From: Sphagnum compactum
Lineage: Eukaryota
Assembly (NCBI GenBank): GCA_965153455.1
Contig: OZ234493.1
Location: 28,820,213 to 28,884,212, forward strand
Length of the DNA stretch: 64,000 nt
Direction: 5' to 3'
Positions 12,900 through 25,849 of the stretch are shown here, in pieces (position 1 is the first letter of the stretch; each line of letters starts with the position of its first letter). The notes beneath the pieces are model-generated. The model did not search any database. It was given only the letters and a program-made list of their open reading frames with translations, and was not told where the DNA came from. A program made the position numbers and the translations under genes.

Positions 12900-13260
12900 G
12901 AAGCAGGGACCAGCTGCATGCATCGACCATTGGTTTTCATCACCGTCCGCAAACTTGTCAATCCTTCCGCAGCTTCTCAAATTTCACAACCCCTGCATCC
13001 AATGGACATTGAAACCGTCATGCAGATGCAGGACATAGAATGAATTCCACAACTCCAAAAAGGAAAGTAGACTGTAGTGCAATAAAGAAGCTAGCGACGG
13101 CTGCGCTTCACGTGCTGTGACGACACTCTGCATGTCCACAAGTCTGTCATGCATGCCCAGAAAAACCGATTAAAAAAAAACACACACACACACACTCCCA
13201 TTCTTCAATTTTTTTGTTGTCGTCACTCAAATTTCAATGCATGCGTGCATGCATGCAAGC
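12900..13260 (-). promoter_or_regulatory. Cluster of RY (CATGCA) motifs and a G-box upstream of the sHSP gene
   Basis: CATGCA/TGCATG at 12917, 13019, 13129, 13148, 13238 and 13248. CACGTG at 13109-13114. TATA-like CTATATATT on the minus strand at 12816-12808. Confidence 0.4.
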
Positions 13261-13356
13261 AAATAGATATCAACCCATTCTTTTCTAACGTGGTCCTCAG
13301 CATGCTTCACCATACTGGATCCCTCACCAAGCTGAAGAAAACACAGTGCAAGCTTA

Positions 13357-13509
13357 AGCCCCAGTCACCCACCACCTGCTCGAGCTCATTGTCTCATTGG
13401 CTCCTTGAGGGACACGCCTTGCGAGGAAGGGGGGAAATTCCGCCCCCTACGGCCAGGCCAGAACGGCACCAACCACATAGGTAGGTCGGAAACTAAACTG
13501 GCTAGGGCG
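13357..13509. mobile_element. Possible short Tourist-like MITE
   Basis: Imperfect inverted ends (ttaAGCCCCAGTCAC / CTGGCTAGGGCGtaa) with tta/taa flanks. Confidence 0.3.
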
Positions 13510-13517
13510 TAAGATAT

Positions 13518-13850
13518 GACAGAATTGGCTCTGCCGGAGGATTCTATGGTAACGTAATCGGCTACTACGGACGTTTACAATAAACAGCAACCCTACGAGA
13601 ATTAATTTTGGAAAACACTGTTTTGGTTTTGGATATTAATTTTGGGGCAAAGTTAATTAGATGGTTTTCCGTGACTTCAGAATATGCTCCTGGGATGCCC
13701 AGGCAGACTGTTCTTCAATGTGAACTGCCGATTCCCTCTATACCAGTTTACGTGCATTCCGACAGAATTGGCTCTGATGGAGGGTTCTGTACCGGAATTG
13801 GCTAGAAAACAGACGTTTACGGTAAACAGCAAACCTACAAGAATTTCCCC
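13518..13850 (+). repeat. Imperfect direct repeat pair of about 90 bp
   Basis: gacagaattggctctg...gacgtttac...aaacagcaa.cctac.agaatt occurs at about 13518 and 13761. Confidence 0.6.
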
Positions 13851-14112
13851 AAAAATATTTATTTATTTTTTTTTTTGGGGGTTATAAATTTTGGGACAGA
13901 TCGCCCCAAAAATAAAAACTATGAATGCAACAACCTTAAAAGATTGAGGTGCTATTTTGGGAATGTCTTAGGGAACACATTGGGAACAGACCAAAAAACA
14001 CTAGGGAAATCTGCAATTCATACTTAGTTCATTGAATTTCACTGCATGTTTTGGGTATTTATACATTCAATACTTATTATTTTCCAGTAGATAAAATACA
14101 CAATTATTTTTT

Positions 14113-14372
14113 CCCATAAAACTACTGCAAAAGTGGACAAAAAGAATATGAAGAGAATTTATAGGGTCTTCCAAAAGCCACTTTTGTGGACTATTTAAGA
14201 GCCTTTCCAAATCCTGTTTTTGTTCAATGCAAGAAAACCTCCAAACCCATAAAACTATTGCAAAAGTGGACAAAAAGAATATGAAGAGAATTTATAGGGT
14301 CTTCCAAAAGCCACTTTTGTGGACTATTTAAGACCCTACCCAAATCCTGATTTTTGTTGAATGCAAAACCCT
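14113..14372 (+). repeat. Tandem duplication, about 133 bp x2
   Basis: cccataaaacta...gcaaaagtggacaaaaagaatatgaagagaatttatagggtcttccaaaagccacttttgtggactatttaaga starts at 14113 and 14246. Confidence 0.9.
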
Positions 14373-14423
14373 CGACAATAAAATATTTCAAAGTGGATGA
14401 TAAGAAAATGAAAGAAAAAATTT

Positions 14424-15060
14424 ATAAGGTATTGCAATCAGGAAATCGTAGAAACTACAAGCGGATGAAGAAGCTTCAAGTGGATGATGAATGGATGATG
14501 TTAGGGTATTGCACCTAATCAAGGATTCATAGAAACTACAAACAGACGATGAAGGGATGAAGGAGCGTGTAGCGGATGTTGAATGGATGACGTTTAGGGT
14601 ATTGCAATCAAGGAAATAAAGAAACACGCATTAGCGGATGGTGATTGGATGAAGTAGCTCCAAACGGATCATGGATGGATGACATTTAGGGTATTGCAAC
14701 CAAGGAATCGTAGAAACTACAAGCGGATGGTAAATGGACGAAAGAAGCTTCAAGCGGATGATGAATGGATGACGTTTAGGGTGATGTAATGAAGGAATTA
14801 GAGAACCTGCAAGCGGATGGTGAATGGACGAAGAAGTTTCAAGCGAATGATGGATGGATGACTTTAAGGGGTATTCTAATCAAGGAATCATAGAAACTAC
14901 AAGCGGATGATGAACGGATGAAGACGCAACCGGCGGATGATGGATGGATGGATGAGGTTTAGAGTATTGTAATCAAGGAATCGTAGAAACGACAAGCGGA
15001 TGATGAATGGATGGAGACGCTAAGAGTGGAAGATGAATGGATGAAATTGATCTTCAAACC
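14424..15060 (+). repeat. Minisatellite, about 90-bp unit, about 7 degenerate copies, abutting the TRM stop codon
   Basis: Unit ttagggtattgcaatcaaggaatcgtagaaactacaagcggatgatgaatggatgaagaagcttcaagcggatg... recurs at about 14424, 14501, 14594, 14686, 14776, 14864 and 14959. Confidence 0.9.
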
Positions 15061-18000
15061 CTAATGCTGAACTCATTAGTACCTTGGCTGCCGAACTTTG
15101 TTGCTGTTGCTTGTTCTGGTTCTGTGCTTTACGTGTGCGAAGAAATTCAGCAATAACTCCTGACACCAATTCTCTGAAAATTCTACGCTCCACTTCGAGT
15201 GCTACTTCTCTCATCTCCTCTCTGATCTCGGCCCAGCCTTGTCGCAGCCTTGTTCGGATGTCTTTGTCCAGAATGCCGTGAACTGTATCGTAAACGTCGT
15301 GGAATTTCACACATGGAAGCTCTTGCAACTCGTCCCACACTTGTTGCTCAAAGCTCTGCGCCGTGGTTGTTTCTGGGACTGAAACCAGGAGATGATGATG
15401 ACGATGGTGAGGATAGTGAATGAAACTCGGCGTGTATGGCAGTAGGTCTTGGTTCAAGAACAAAGGGAGTTTCCTTGATGCGATTTCGTTCACGGCATCA
15501 AAAAGTAATCGTTTGTCGAGAAGCTCCTTCTGCTGCTTCTGTTTCTTCTTGTTATTGTTGTTGTTCTCTTTGGTTGTTGAACATTTTTTGCTTTTCAGAC
15601 ATTCTTGGCCGGAGATATCATCGTAGTTTGTTAGCTCTGATCCAACTAGCAAGTCGCAGACGAATTGCCGTTCCTCTTCTTTGTCCGTGAATGATGTTCT
15701 TCTAGTGCTGGTCTTGCCTGAGTTTCCGGCAGTCCTGTTGTCACTGTCGAAAGGAAGCTCGATCTCCAACTTGGAAGTCATGACTGACTGACAGAGTTGC
15801 TGCTGCTGGTTGGGATCAATCTCGAAACACAATTTCCTCCTTACTACCGTAGTAGGGCCATGCTCTTCTGTATCAACATCCTCAAAGAAACTCCCACATT
15901 CGTTGTTTGACTCCAATGCATCGATCACAACTGCAAGAAAAAACAAATCAAAACAGATCTGTGCACAACTCATAAAATTGTCGTGCAAATCGCTGTCTGC
16001 TAGGATTGAAGTTACTGCTGCCACCCTTGATGGACCAATGTTTCTAGGGTTTTGCATATGATGAAGAATGTGAGGAGTAGGTATGTTATTAAGATGTTGC
16101 CTACCTTGGAAACTGCTAGCACTGGTGCAACTTTGCAGACTAGTTGTTGGTTCCTCATCTGGAAAAGCTGTGTTGTTGTGCATAGAGACAGGGCTAGGTT
16201 GCTCCATCCCATCATCAGGGCTACATTCTTGCTCCATCCCATCACCAGGTCTATATTGTTGCTCCATCCCATCAACAGTTGGCAGCCTCTGACTCAACTC
16301 AAACTTATCCAACAGGAAATGTGGTAGGATTTGCAACCCTAATGGCACCTCTTCCTTGTCACCTGTAATATGGTTGGCTGTGATCGCTTCTGCAGTTAGC
16401 ACCTGCCCAACAACATTGTCAATTTGAGGAAGCCCTATGTTAGATGGCTTTTTTGAAATCATGAGATTCATTGACTCAAATAGAAGTGAAGGACTTTGGA
16501 GGTGCAGGTAAATTTGATTTGTAATCTCACCTCCAATTCTCCAGGTGTGTCAGATGATGCCATGTTGGCCGACAATTTTAGACTATCTGGACTTGGGGCA
16601 CAGATACCTCCACTTGAGTTGAAAGCCTTGCCTTCAACGGCTCGCAGTTGCACATGCACTTCCCGAATTCCTGATTCCTCAATACATGGTTTGACGGTGG
16701 AAGCCTCCCCAGTGTCCTCCACCATGACTGCAAATTACATTTCCCCAGAGGTTTTCATGACTGAATCATAAATAGTAAAGGGACATATATGCCTTGATAA
16801 AGTGCTGTTGGTGTCAAGCCATCTTGGAGCTTCCAGTGTAATTCACTCAATTCGTTAAAAACAAAACAAGAAACTTCCAGTGGTTTAGATTGCAGAACTC
16901 TTCTAGTCTCTGGAACATTCTCCCATTGTGCTACCCACAACAGACATACCTGTGTCTGCACTATGCAGGGTTTGCCTCAATAGAAATTTAAGGCTTGTTG
17001 CTGGGTGTGTTGGACAGCTTACTTTTGTGAGTTGCCAGCTTTACAGAAGTCCCTGTACTCCTTTGTGATTTTCTTGAAGGATCTGGTAATCTGGGCTTGA
17101 ATTTTCTATCAGAGAAAGCTGTTTTCCATGACCTCAATGTATCAGAGTTGATTTTAGCTTTACCCTTGAAGATTGCTTTCACTCTCTGTGTATCTGAAAC
17201 TGTCAACCTTGCAACATTACATTCTTCATGGTCATTGAGTAGAGAATTCTTACATTTCAGGTTTCTTTTCTCTCCTGTTCTCACGCTCCCACTCCCAAAT
17301 CCACATTGGCATTGTAGCCTGGGTTTTAAAAAGTTGGGTTCTCTTCGTGGAGGCATCTGAGATTTTATGGTTGGAGTGGTACTATACAGAATCAGCTGAT
17401 GAGGTTGTTGGCTCAAATCTTGTCCATCTTTTAAGCCTTTACTGCTGCTTCTTGCTTGTGCTCTTTGAGGCTTTCTTTGAGCAGGCTTCATTGTTACCCT
17501 GCAAAATATACATTCCACTGTGCCATTTTAGTACTGCTAGTACTCAACAACTTTTGATGATAGCATCTCCAAATGCCATCCTCATAGTGAAGAAGAGTAG
17601 GTAGGATGTACCCATTCTTGCTGCCAGCACAAGTAGTGCTTGTGGGTAGTGTAGATTTCGGAGCCCGCAGCTTTGATGCAATCTTTGTCTTTATGGGCTT
17701 CATCACAACAATGGAGAGATCACTCTTTACAGTTTGTGAGTTGGTTTCCAACAAAATTGGCTTGTTCTTCTTGGGTACTTCCATCATTTCCTCATGAGTT
17801 CTGGTGTTAAATCTTGTGGATGACTCATTGGACTCGAGTCTGGGAGTCTCTCGATGTTCAAGGTTCAGCTGGTCCTTGTTGAAAATTGTGATGGTGTGGT
17901 TTGATGAGACAAGAGGCGGCTGGATGAACTCTGCCCCCCATTGTGGCTGCAAATGTTTGATGGGCATTATAATGGCTTCTGATTTGGAGTTCAGGTCTTG

Positions 18001-20187
18001 GACCTGCTTGTCATTTGATGGATCTAGTAGTCCTTTCAGTTGCATACCTTCCAGGATTTGCTTGAGGCTCTTGCATTCTTGACGTGAGTTCTGCCACCTA
18101 GGCTGGCATGTGCGGTGAGACATATCACCATAGAGTGGTTCATGTTTGGCAAGGTGATCTGACTTCTGCACTGTAGCTGTTGTGTTTCCTTTCAAGAATT
18201 GTTTACGAATTTGTGAGACTCTGCTTTTCAGGGCATTGCTAGCATCATCTGGCTTTTTGAACACCAGAGGCATCCCCTCCATAAACTTTGGTGACAGAGA
18301 AGATGGAGATCTTGTTGACCTCAGCTCATGAGCTTCACATGAGTGACTGTCCCATTGGGCTTGTTGCTTCTGACAACTCCCTAATCCTCCTCTATCAGAC
18401 ATCTGACTGAATTTATCTGGTAGTCTTGCTCGGGGCAAGTCAGACAAACCAGTCAGTTTATAGTGTAGCAAGCCATGAACCAGCTTTGCCTCTCTTAATG
18501 GTGATCTTGAGAAGAGAGTGCTTTGTGGTGGAGTCATCTTCCATATTTCAGAACTTGGAAACTTCTCCAGCCCCATTAGCCTTGCCACCACATTCGTTTC
18601 CAGACGGCTATCACATGTCTGGTGATCACCTCGTGCAGCTGAGAAGCTGTTCTTGCAAGAGACATCATCTGTGCCATCATCAACAGGGAGCCTGGGATAA
18701 GACGCTGCAGACAGGAGGTCATTGCGTCCATCAAATTGAAACCAATCTCCATCTCTACATCGCAAGGAAGCTCGGTGTGCATCCTTGATGTCAAACCCTG
18801 GTGGGCAAGGGGGATCTCTGACCTCCTTCAAGTTATAGGGATTGTCCAGTGGCTTATATGAGTCTAGGGGATCAACAGTTGGATTTCGGTGACTGCTTGA
18901 TGTGGATATTGAAGGCCCATCCTCCAATTCCACACTCAGCCTGGATATCTCATCTCCTTCCAAGCACCTCAGTAGTTTTGAGAGCTTTACATTGTCATTT
19001 GGAAGCACAGTAAGGTCCTCCTTTTCTGTTGAATCCAACAAAACCTGCATTGGGCATCCATCAATATGCATATCCCGATCTGTTCTTGTATTGACAGAAC
19101 ACAAGCAGCATGGTAAGTCTGAATGAGCTATCAGCTGTTCCACTCTTCCTCCTCCTTTGCAGGGCATCTCTGACTTCTTATCTCTTCCAGATCCAAGACC
19201 TGATGAAACCTGCCGCTTCAAGAGAAGTGGTGCCCATGTGTCACAATCCGTGGTAGTACCATTCTCTTGGGGCCCAGGCACACCTCTTTGCTGCTGGTAG
19301 CTGTGAAGTGATTCGCACACAACATCCTTTATGTCGGGTGTTTTTTCAGCAAGCATTGCCTCCACAGAGGCTCTGAGCTGAGATCCAGAGACTTTTGGGT
19401 TCTGTGATTGTGATCTGAATGAAAGAGAAGAAGGGACCTCCTTCTGTGGTGTTTTGTTTCCAAAAGATGGTTCAAAAGGGAGACTATCTTGGACGTAGAA
19501 AGAGAGATGGGGTTTTGTTGTTTGTACAGGTTCTACTAATTTTTGGTTCCTGAAGCTATTGTTATCTCCTTTGTTCTTGGATGAAGACTTATCTACAGAT
19601 GATAGCCCATTGTTACCAGCTTCCCAACTACTTCGATTTCTTGCATTGTCCATGGCTGTCTTTGGCTGATCGAGATGGTCCATTGATGATGCCCTTGGCT
19701 GACTGTCCACCGACTGCAGAAATGACCACCACTATGGAATGTCACAGAAAGAAAACATCTGACTTGTTTGGCTGAAGCCTTAAAGCTGACGGTAGAAAAT
19801 GTAGGTCAGGAATAGACTTGAGAAGAGGGGGGGCATGTACCATATCATAAGCAGGATTGCAACGGAGCTCACGGTATACCCTTCCAGAAGCTGTGGTCAC
19901 AATTTGCCCTGGTCAACAAGAAAAAAAAAACAGCAGGTGATTTTTTTTGTTCTCCATGACGTGAATGTTTCATTTCCTTTGCAAATCCAGAACAGGACCT
20001 GCATTTGATCAGTTTGTGGGTGGCAGGAAAACAAACCATTGCGAGTGGCAGTCCACCTGCAGCCACAGTGTCGGCCACTGAAGGAAGGGCGGCGGTCAAA
20101 TATGTGGAGGATTCCTGTCATACAACCCATATCCTTGCGGTCTTCAGACACAACTTCTTTCCGCAAGCTTGGTGATGATGTTGGCAT
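15020..20187 (-). CDS. TON1-recruiting motif (TRM)/LONGIFOLIA-like protein (VARLMGL and DUF4378 domains)
   Basis: Motifs MGCMTGILHIFDR, NVVARLMGLE, EQPSPVS, and C-terminal DKRLLFDAVNEI...ILDKDI...GW...EVALEVERRIFRELV. Proposed exons: 20187-20037, probable micro-exon 19908-19880, 19713-17612, 17498-17023, 16727-16531, and a last exon from about 16470-16400 (acceptor uncertain) to the stop at 15020. Phases checked where stated. Confidence 0.9.
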
Positions 20188-21518
20188 GATTGCCACAGTA
20201 TTGACAAGGTCTTGTTTGCAATCGGAAACCAAATCCCACAACCTGGCAGCTGTTTCAGCTCAGCAGATTCAGATCTATGTAACATTTCTGAACATTCCTG
20301 CATAGTCAAAAGGCATCCAATTCTTCACTATATCAGTCCTGGATTTCCCATAAGCAGCAAAACTGTTGTGTTGTTGTAGAAGTTTCATGAGAAGGTTTAC
20401 TAAAAAAGCTGGTTTGCATGAAAGGCACACAGGATTCAAAAGGAAGCTAATCAATGGCAAAGGAAAAAAGAAGCCATTCATACCATTTGAGGAAGACATG
20501 GGTCTCAATTCTCAACACTCCTGCAGCACTGCTTTCCACTTGCATGGCAACCCATAGTGAGAGAGCCACAGAAAGTTTATTCCAAAGTCCCTGTGCCAAT
20601 TCCCCCCCACCCATTTGAACACCCAATCCCTCCACAACAAAAAAATGACAAACTAATTCCTCAAACAAGGAACAACAACACTGATCTTCTCGGAACAGGG
20701 CTCTACAGTTTCTCTTAAAGATCTCTACCTCTCTTTTCTCTCTGTCTTTCAAGAGTGAGAAGAAGAGAAGTTTGAAGACGGAAAACGCCCCCCCCCCCCC
20801 AAAAGGGAACTTTTTGTAGCTGCCTCTAAGGGAATTTGAAGTTTTTGGGAACAAACAAACTGAAGCAGTTGTGGAGTAGTACCCTTAAAAAACAGGACCC
20901 ACAAAAAAATGTGCAGTTCAAGGTACAGATTTTCTTGTGGTATAAATTAGTTAGGATGGGTGGTGCAGCATGCAGTAGCACCAATGCTGGAGTTTTGAGA
21001 TCAAAAGCAAGAATACAAAAGAAAAGTTTGTGTTGTAAAAAGACTGGAAGGAGGGGCAAACACAGACACAGAGATATAGAGAGAGAGAGAGATCAATGAG
21101 AGAGTCTGAGAGAGTAGTCATAAGACATGAGACTGTGAAGAAGATGCAGAGCTGACGTCCTTCAGTATTATTCCCATTACACTTACACTGTTTTCTGCTT
21201 CATCCAGCACAAGCTTTTATTACACACCCCACCAAAAAAAGAAAGAAAAAAAGAAGGAGAAAGGCCTCCATTGTTGACAGTCACTGAGCAGCAACAAGGC
21301 AGTAATCAGTAGATGATGACCGCTGCTGCAACAGCTGGTGTAAGGAGCCGTCGGTGCTAAGAGGAAACTAATAAACTAAGTAAGTAGTCACAGAAGGAAA
21401 TTTTGTGTGAAAACGAACTCTGAATGAATAAAATGTCCGTCCACAATTATTTGTTTGGTGGTGCTGCAATTGTTGTTGTTGCTTCTTCTTCTTCATCTTC
21501 TTCATCAGAGGTTTACAT

Positions 21519-21870
21519 CAGTGTTGCAAGGTTCTTCCAATTTCTAAAGAACCGTCGATTCCAGTTCTGTAAATGTTCCAGAATACCAAACAACCGTCGG
21601 TTCCATCCAGTTCTTTGGGGAAAAAAAAAATCCAAAATCAAAGAACCGTCAATTCCCAGTTATCTCCCAAAAAAACCTTCAGGAATTGGTGGTTTTCATA
21701 AAGAACCGGCGGTTCTCTTCCCAGTTTGGTTTTTTTTTTCTTTCTCATATGTTTTGGAGAACCGCAGTTCAGAGATACCAAAGTCGGTTGTTTGAATTCT
21801 GGAGGACCAGCGGGTGGGTGGCTGGGCGGATATATCTTATGTACCCGTTTTGGTAACCGGAGGGTATCTC
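21519..21870 (+). mobile_element. hAT-like non-autonomous element with AAGAACC/GGTTCT subrepeats
   Basis: Begins CAGTGTTG, with repeated aagaaccg motifs and the palindrome aagaaccggcggttct. Related sequence at about 37550-37690, 57050-57240 and 63730-63960. Right end not defined. Confidence 0.5.
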
Positions 21871-24800
21871 TGGATTGTTTTGTGTCGTCCCCAGACTGCG
21901 CACATGCAGATTTGTCTTCTTTTTCTCTGCAAAAAAAAAAAAAAAAAAAATTATTCAAAGCCCAAGGGAATTTTGTGTAAAAGTTGAGAAAGATTTATTA
22001 TTATTGTCGCACAGAGACGGGGAATTTATGTGGACGGGGACAAACCCACCCCCAAAAAGCAAAAAAAAAAAAAAAAAAACCAGTTAAGGGTGTGGGGGTG
22101 GGGGCAAAATTATGCCATTTTCTTCATCACATTATCTGACATAATCTTCCACTGATGATGATCATATAACTCATACTAATGACCAGAATCTGCCATTCCA
22201 GAGCTTCATGTGATGGAATGATCTGGCCCTTGCCCCATAATGTTGGGTAATGTGCTAGAAAACCCTGTGTTGTTCAGGGTCTTGACCCATATTCCCTCGT
22301 ACCAAAAATGTTACATGAATATTATGGTGTGTGCCAGAAGTTAGAATGGGGAGTTTTTCTTTTCTTTTCTTTTCTTTTTTTAATTTTATGTAGCTAAACT
22401 GGTGATCATTAACAAGAAGATTTAGCCAAATTTGGGGGCTGTAAACCAGATATGAAAATAAAAACATTTTAAGATTTTTTTAATATTTTTGGCTACCTAT
22501 TGGAACCTTTAGTTGGAGTCTGGCTATTTATTTCTCGAAATTCCAAACCTGTCAAATTAAGGCCATTTTCTTCATAGGAATTCTTTGTATGGTTGGAAAT
22601 CAAAATCTTCAGGTTGAAAAAATGCAAAAAAAAATAAATTTGACCCCTCCAAAAATACACACATTGTCCAAAACCACATCTCTTAGTATGAAGAGGAAGT
22701 TGCACCATTGAAATTGTATACAAAATTGTTAGGGTTTGAACACGGCTAAATACTAGAGAAACATTTGTTAAAAGAATCCTTGACAAATGTTATTGAAAGA
22801 AGAGATCATCACGATATTGATCTATCAACACGAAGACTAGAAAGAAGGCAATGAAAGACATGTGCTACTTACATGAAACATGAAACCCAACATTTTTAGC
22901 AATGAAAACAAAAGCATTCTAAAAAAAAACATTGTGAAATGTGGTGCATTCCTTTCCATGGATCGTAGAAAAAAGTGTATTCCCATCTAATCTATAAGCT
23001 AACCATAAATGCAACAAGCCAAGTCAAGAACCATTGGATGAGGGAGACTCAAAGTGGCGTGCAATGCTATGAAGAAGACGAGTCTTAAGGTCATATAAAA
23101 TGATGAGATGACTGGTTGAATAAAGAGTTAAACAGTTGAACCTTGACATACAAAGGATCTGAAGTAAGCAAAATTTATGATTTGTTAAAAAAATTGTAAT
23201 ATATTCTCATCGTTTATTAAGACTTTTTTTGCATGTCTTTGCAAAGGCCACATATAATTAAAGACATGCAACATTTACCTACTAATGCACTAAAGCACCT
23301 CTTTGGAAGAAAAAAAAACAATTATAGACATCAATTTGAACAATCTCATTGGTTGGCTACCAATTTTTTTCCTTCACACCAAGTAGGCACAAGCCTATAA
23401 AGGCTATTACAACATTTAATTGCCATTTTACCAAAAGAGAAACTCTTCTTCAAAACAATTGAAAGGCTTCCAGTCTAAGAATCTCTTGGGCAATTTATTT
23501 TTTTCACCCTTAGACACAAGCCTATTACACATAGGCCTGCATATTTGTGTACATTTTTTACACACTAATACTATGAACCTTGACTAGACAGGGTTAAGAA
23601 ATTCCACCCAAAAGGTGAGAAGGATGTTGGAGAGTTATACCAGGGTTACAAGATAGCCCCCCTTGTTCTGGAAACAAAAGGATTTATACTACAGAGAAAG
23701 CTGCATGCATGCATTCATTCATGCATTCATTCATTCATTCTTCATCTATTAATTACTGAGAGTTCTCTCAGTGCTGCTGCTGCAATTAATTATATACTTC
23801 ACCAGAAATATATATATTAATTTATAAAAGATTTTTTATATATTAATTTATAAAAAGATTTTTTTCATTGGCCTCTCAATATCTATGGACAGAATTTTTT
23901 CTTTCCATTTTTATTTTCTTTTTGGCAGATCCCAGGATATTCATCATCCACATTGATTGATTTTGGCTTTACTTGCAAACTTCCATAATAAGTATGGAAA
24001 GAATAATTACTTTTGACTAGCCATGAAGCAAATAGGAGCATTCAATGCAACAAGACAGAATAAGAAAAAGGACTAGGGCCACAAGTCCTCTTAACTCACT
24101 AACTTCCCAAAACAAAACTTTTGACTGACCAAAAAATATTTTTAAAAAATAAACACTTACACACACACTATATATATATATCCATAATTTTGTCCCTTGG
24201 GTAATAGTCTGGGCCTTGGGTGAACCAGCACTGGTACCATGGTAAAAAGCCCTAAAATAGTATTTTGGGGTTTTTGTCTGTGCATTGTAAAAAACTCTCT
24301 TTTTCTATTTCTCTTTCTATTATTTTGAGGGATCTCCCCCAGCAGAAGATCCCTAGGGACTAATGCAGTGGGGGGGATCCCGCTATATTTCTATGTTCCC
24401 ATGTTCCTATGGAAAGATTTTTTGATGGGACGGATCGGGAAAATTCAAAAACACAAGGAGGAAAGGGACAGGTCAGCAAAATTCAAAAAACAAGATGGAA
24501 AGAATGGTGGGAAAAAAAAAGAAGAGATTTTTTACCAGGTAGAGGTTCCCACACTCGTGTGTTCTCCATCAGTCGGGAAAGCCCTTGGGCCACCACCCTC
24601 TCGTGCGACCCACCCTCAGGAGAACGAACCCATTCGTATGGGAACCTCCCGTGGACTTTAGGAACAACTTTAATGCTTAGTAAAAACTCAAAAGCTTAAG
24701 GTTTTTTTTTTTTTCCAATAATTGAGGGGCCAGTCAAATTGGCTCATTGCAAAAAATACAAAATTGAACTTGGGAGGCACCTAGTCTAATTAAATAGGAG

Positions 24801-25529
24801 AGGTGAATAGGTAGCAAAAATAGGCTCATTAATATTTTTCATGATGCAGAGCAGAAGAGACATTTTACTTGCCAAAAAAAACATTCCCAAACACACAACC
24901 CAAAAAAACTCTAGTGTGAAAAACTGAACAATGTTGAAAGAATCAAAGCAAGCAACAAGACAAGTGAGGCCAGAGAATGAGCATCCAAACCCAGTTTAAG
25001 TCAGGCACCCCCCCCTCCTCCCCACTCCCACCCCCCCCCCTAATAAAGGGTTATCATTTATCATCACTTTTGGTACTAGCAGTTAATTATTTTCTGACCA
25101 ACAAGGGATGGGGGCTGAGTGTTTGGCTAGCTTGGGTACAAAAATAATAAATAAAAGGTCAAGTTGGGATTCGAGCTCCTGATCCTTTTTTTGTAAAGAA
25201 AGTGAGGGGTGTTAGAGGTAGAAAAAGTGGTGATCATTCATTCCTAGGAAGATTTAGCCAAATATTAAGTTACAAAATTCTTTAATCATCATTATTCTAT
25301 ATTTTTGGCTACACACTGAAAACCCAAGTGTGGAAATATGGCAATTTTTTTCTATTCTTTTCCTCAATTTTGGCGATCGAATTCGTTTGTAAAATTGGGT
25401 TCTTGTTCCCCAGATAACCTCCCCATGGCTGAAGGTTGTAAAAAGTGTGCCGGGGTTCTAAATTTGGGGTTCATCCAACTGGATGATTTCAAAACAGAAA
25501 ACAGGGGTGGTGCATTTGTGGATGCTGGA

Positions 25530-25849
25530 CAGTGTCTTTTCTTCTTTTTTTTCCTGGAAAAATTTCGCCAAAAAGAAATTTTCAAAATTCAAAAAAAAAA
25601 AAAAGAAGAGTGATTTTGGAGGTTTTCAGTCACCAGAAATTAGAAAATTAAATGTAAAAATCGCCAGATTTTTACATTTGGTTTTCATTTTGTAACCAAA
25701 AATATAGAAAGATGATTAAAGATTTTTATTTTATTTTTGGTTTATAGCCAGATTTGGCTAAATCTACCTAAGCATGATCACCACTTTTTCTACATGTTCA
25801 TATGGATGATTGTCACTTTGGCTACAAACAATTCCTTAAAATAACACTG
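25530..25849 (+). mobile_element. hAT-family MITE with target-site duplication
   Basis: Ends CAGTGT...ACACTG. 8-bp flanks ATGCTGGA (25522-25529) and ATGCTGGG (25850-25857). Internal tagccagatttggcta palindrome. Related copies nearby (about 25230-25390, 25870-26110) and at about 22340-22660. Confidence 0.8.

Noticed and set aside
14424..15020. CRISPR-like array
   Set aside because: Units are degenerate over their full length with no unique spacers, the context is eukaryotic, and there are no cas genes.
15084..19775. Numerous plus-strand ORFs over the TRM gene
   Set aside because: Antisense shadows of long coding exons with no independent motifs.
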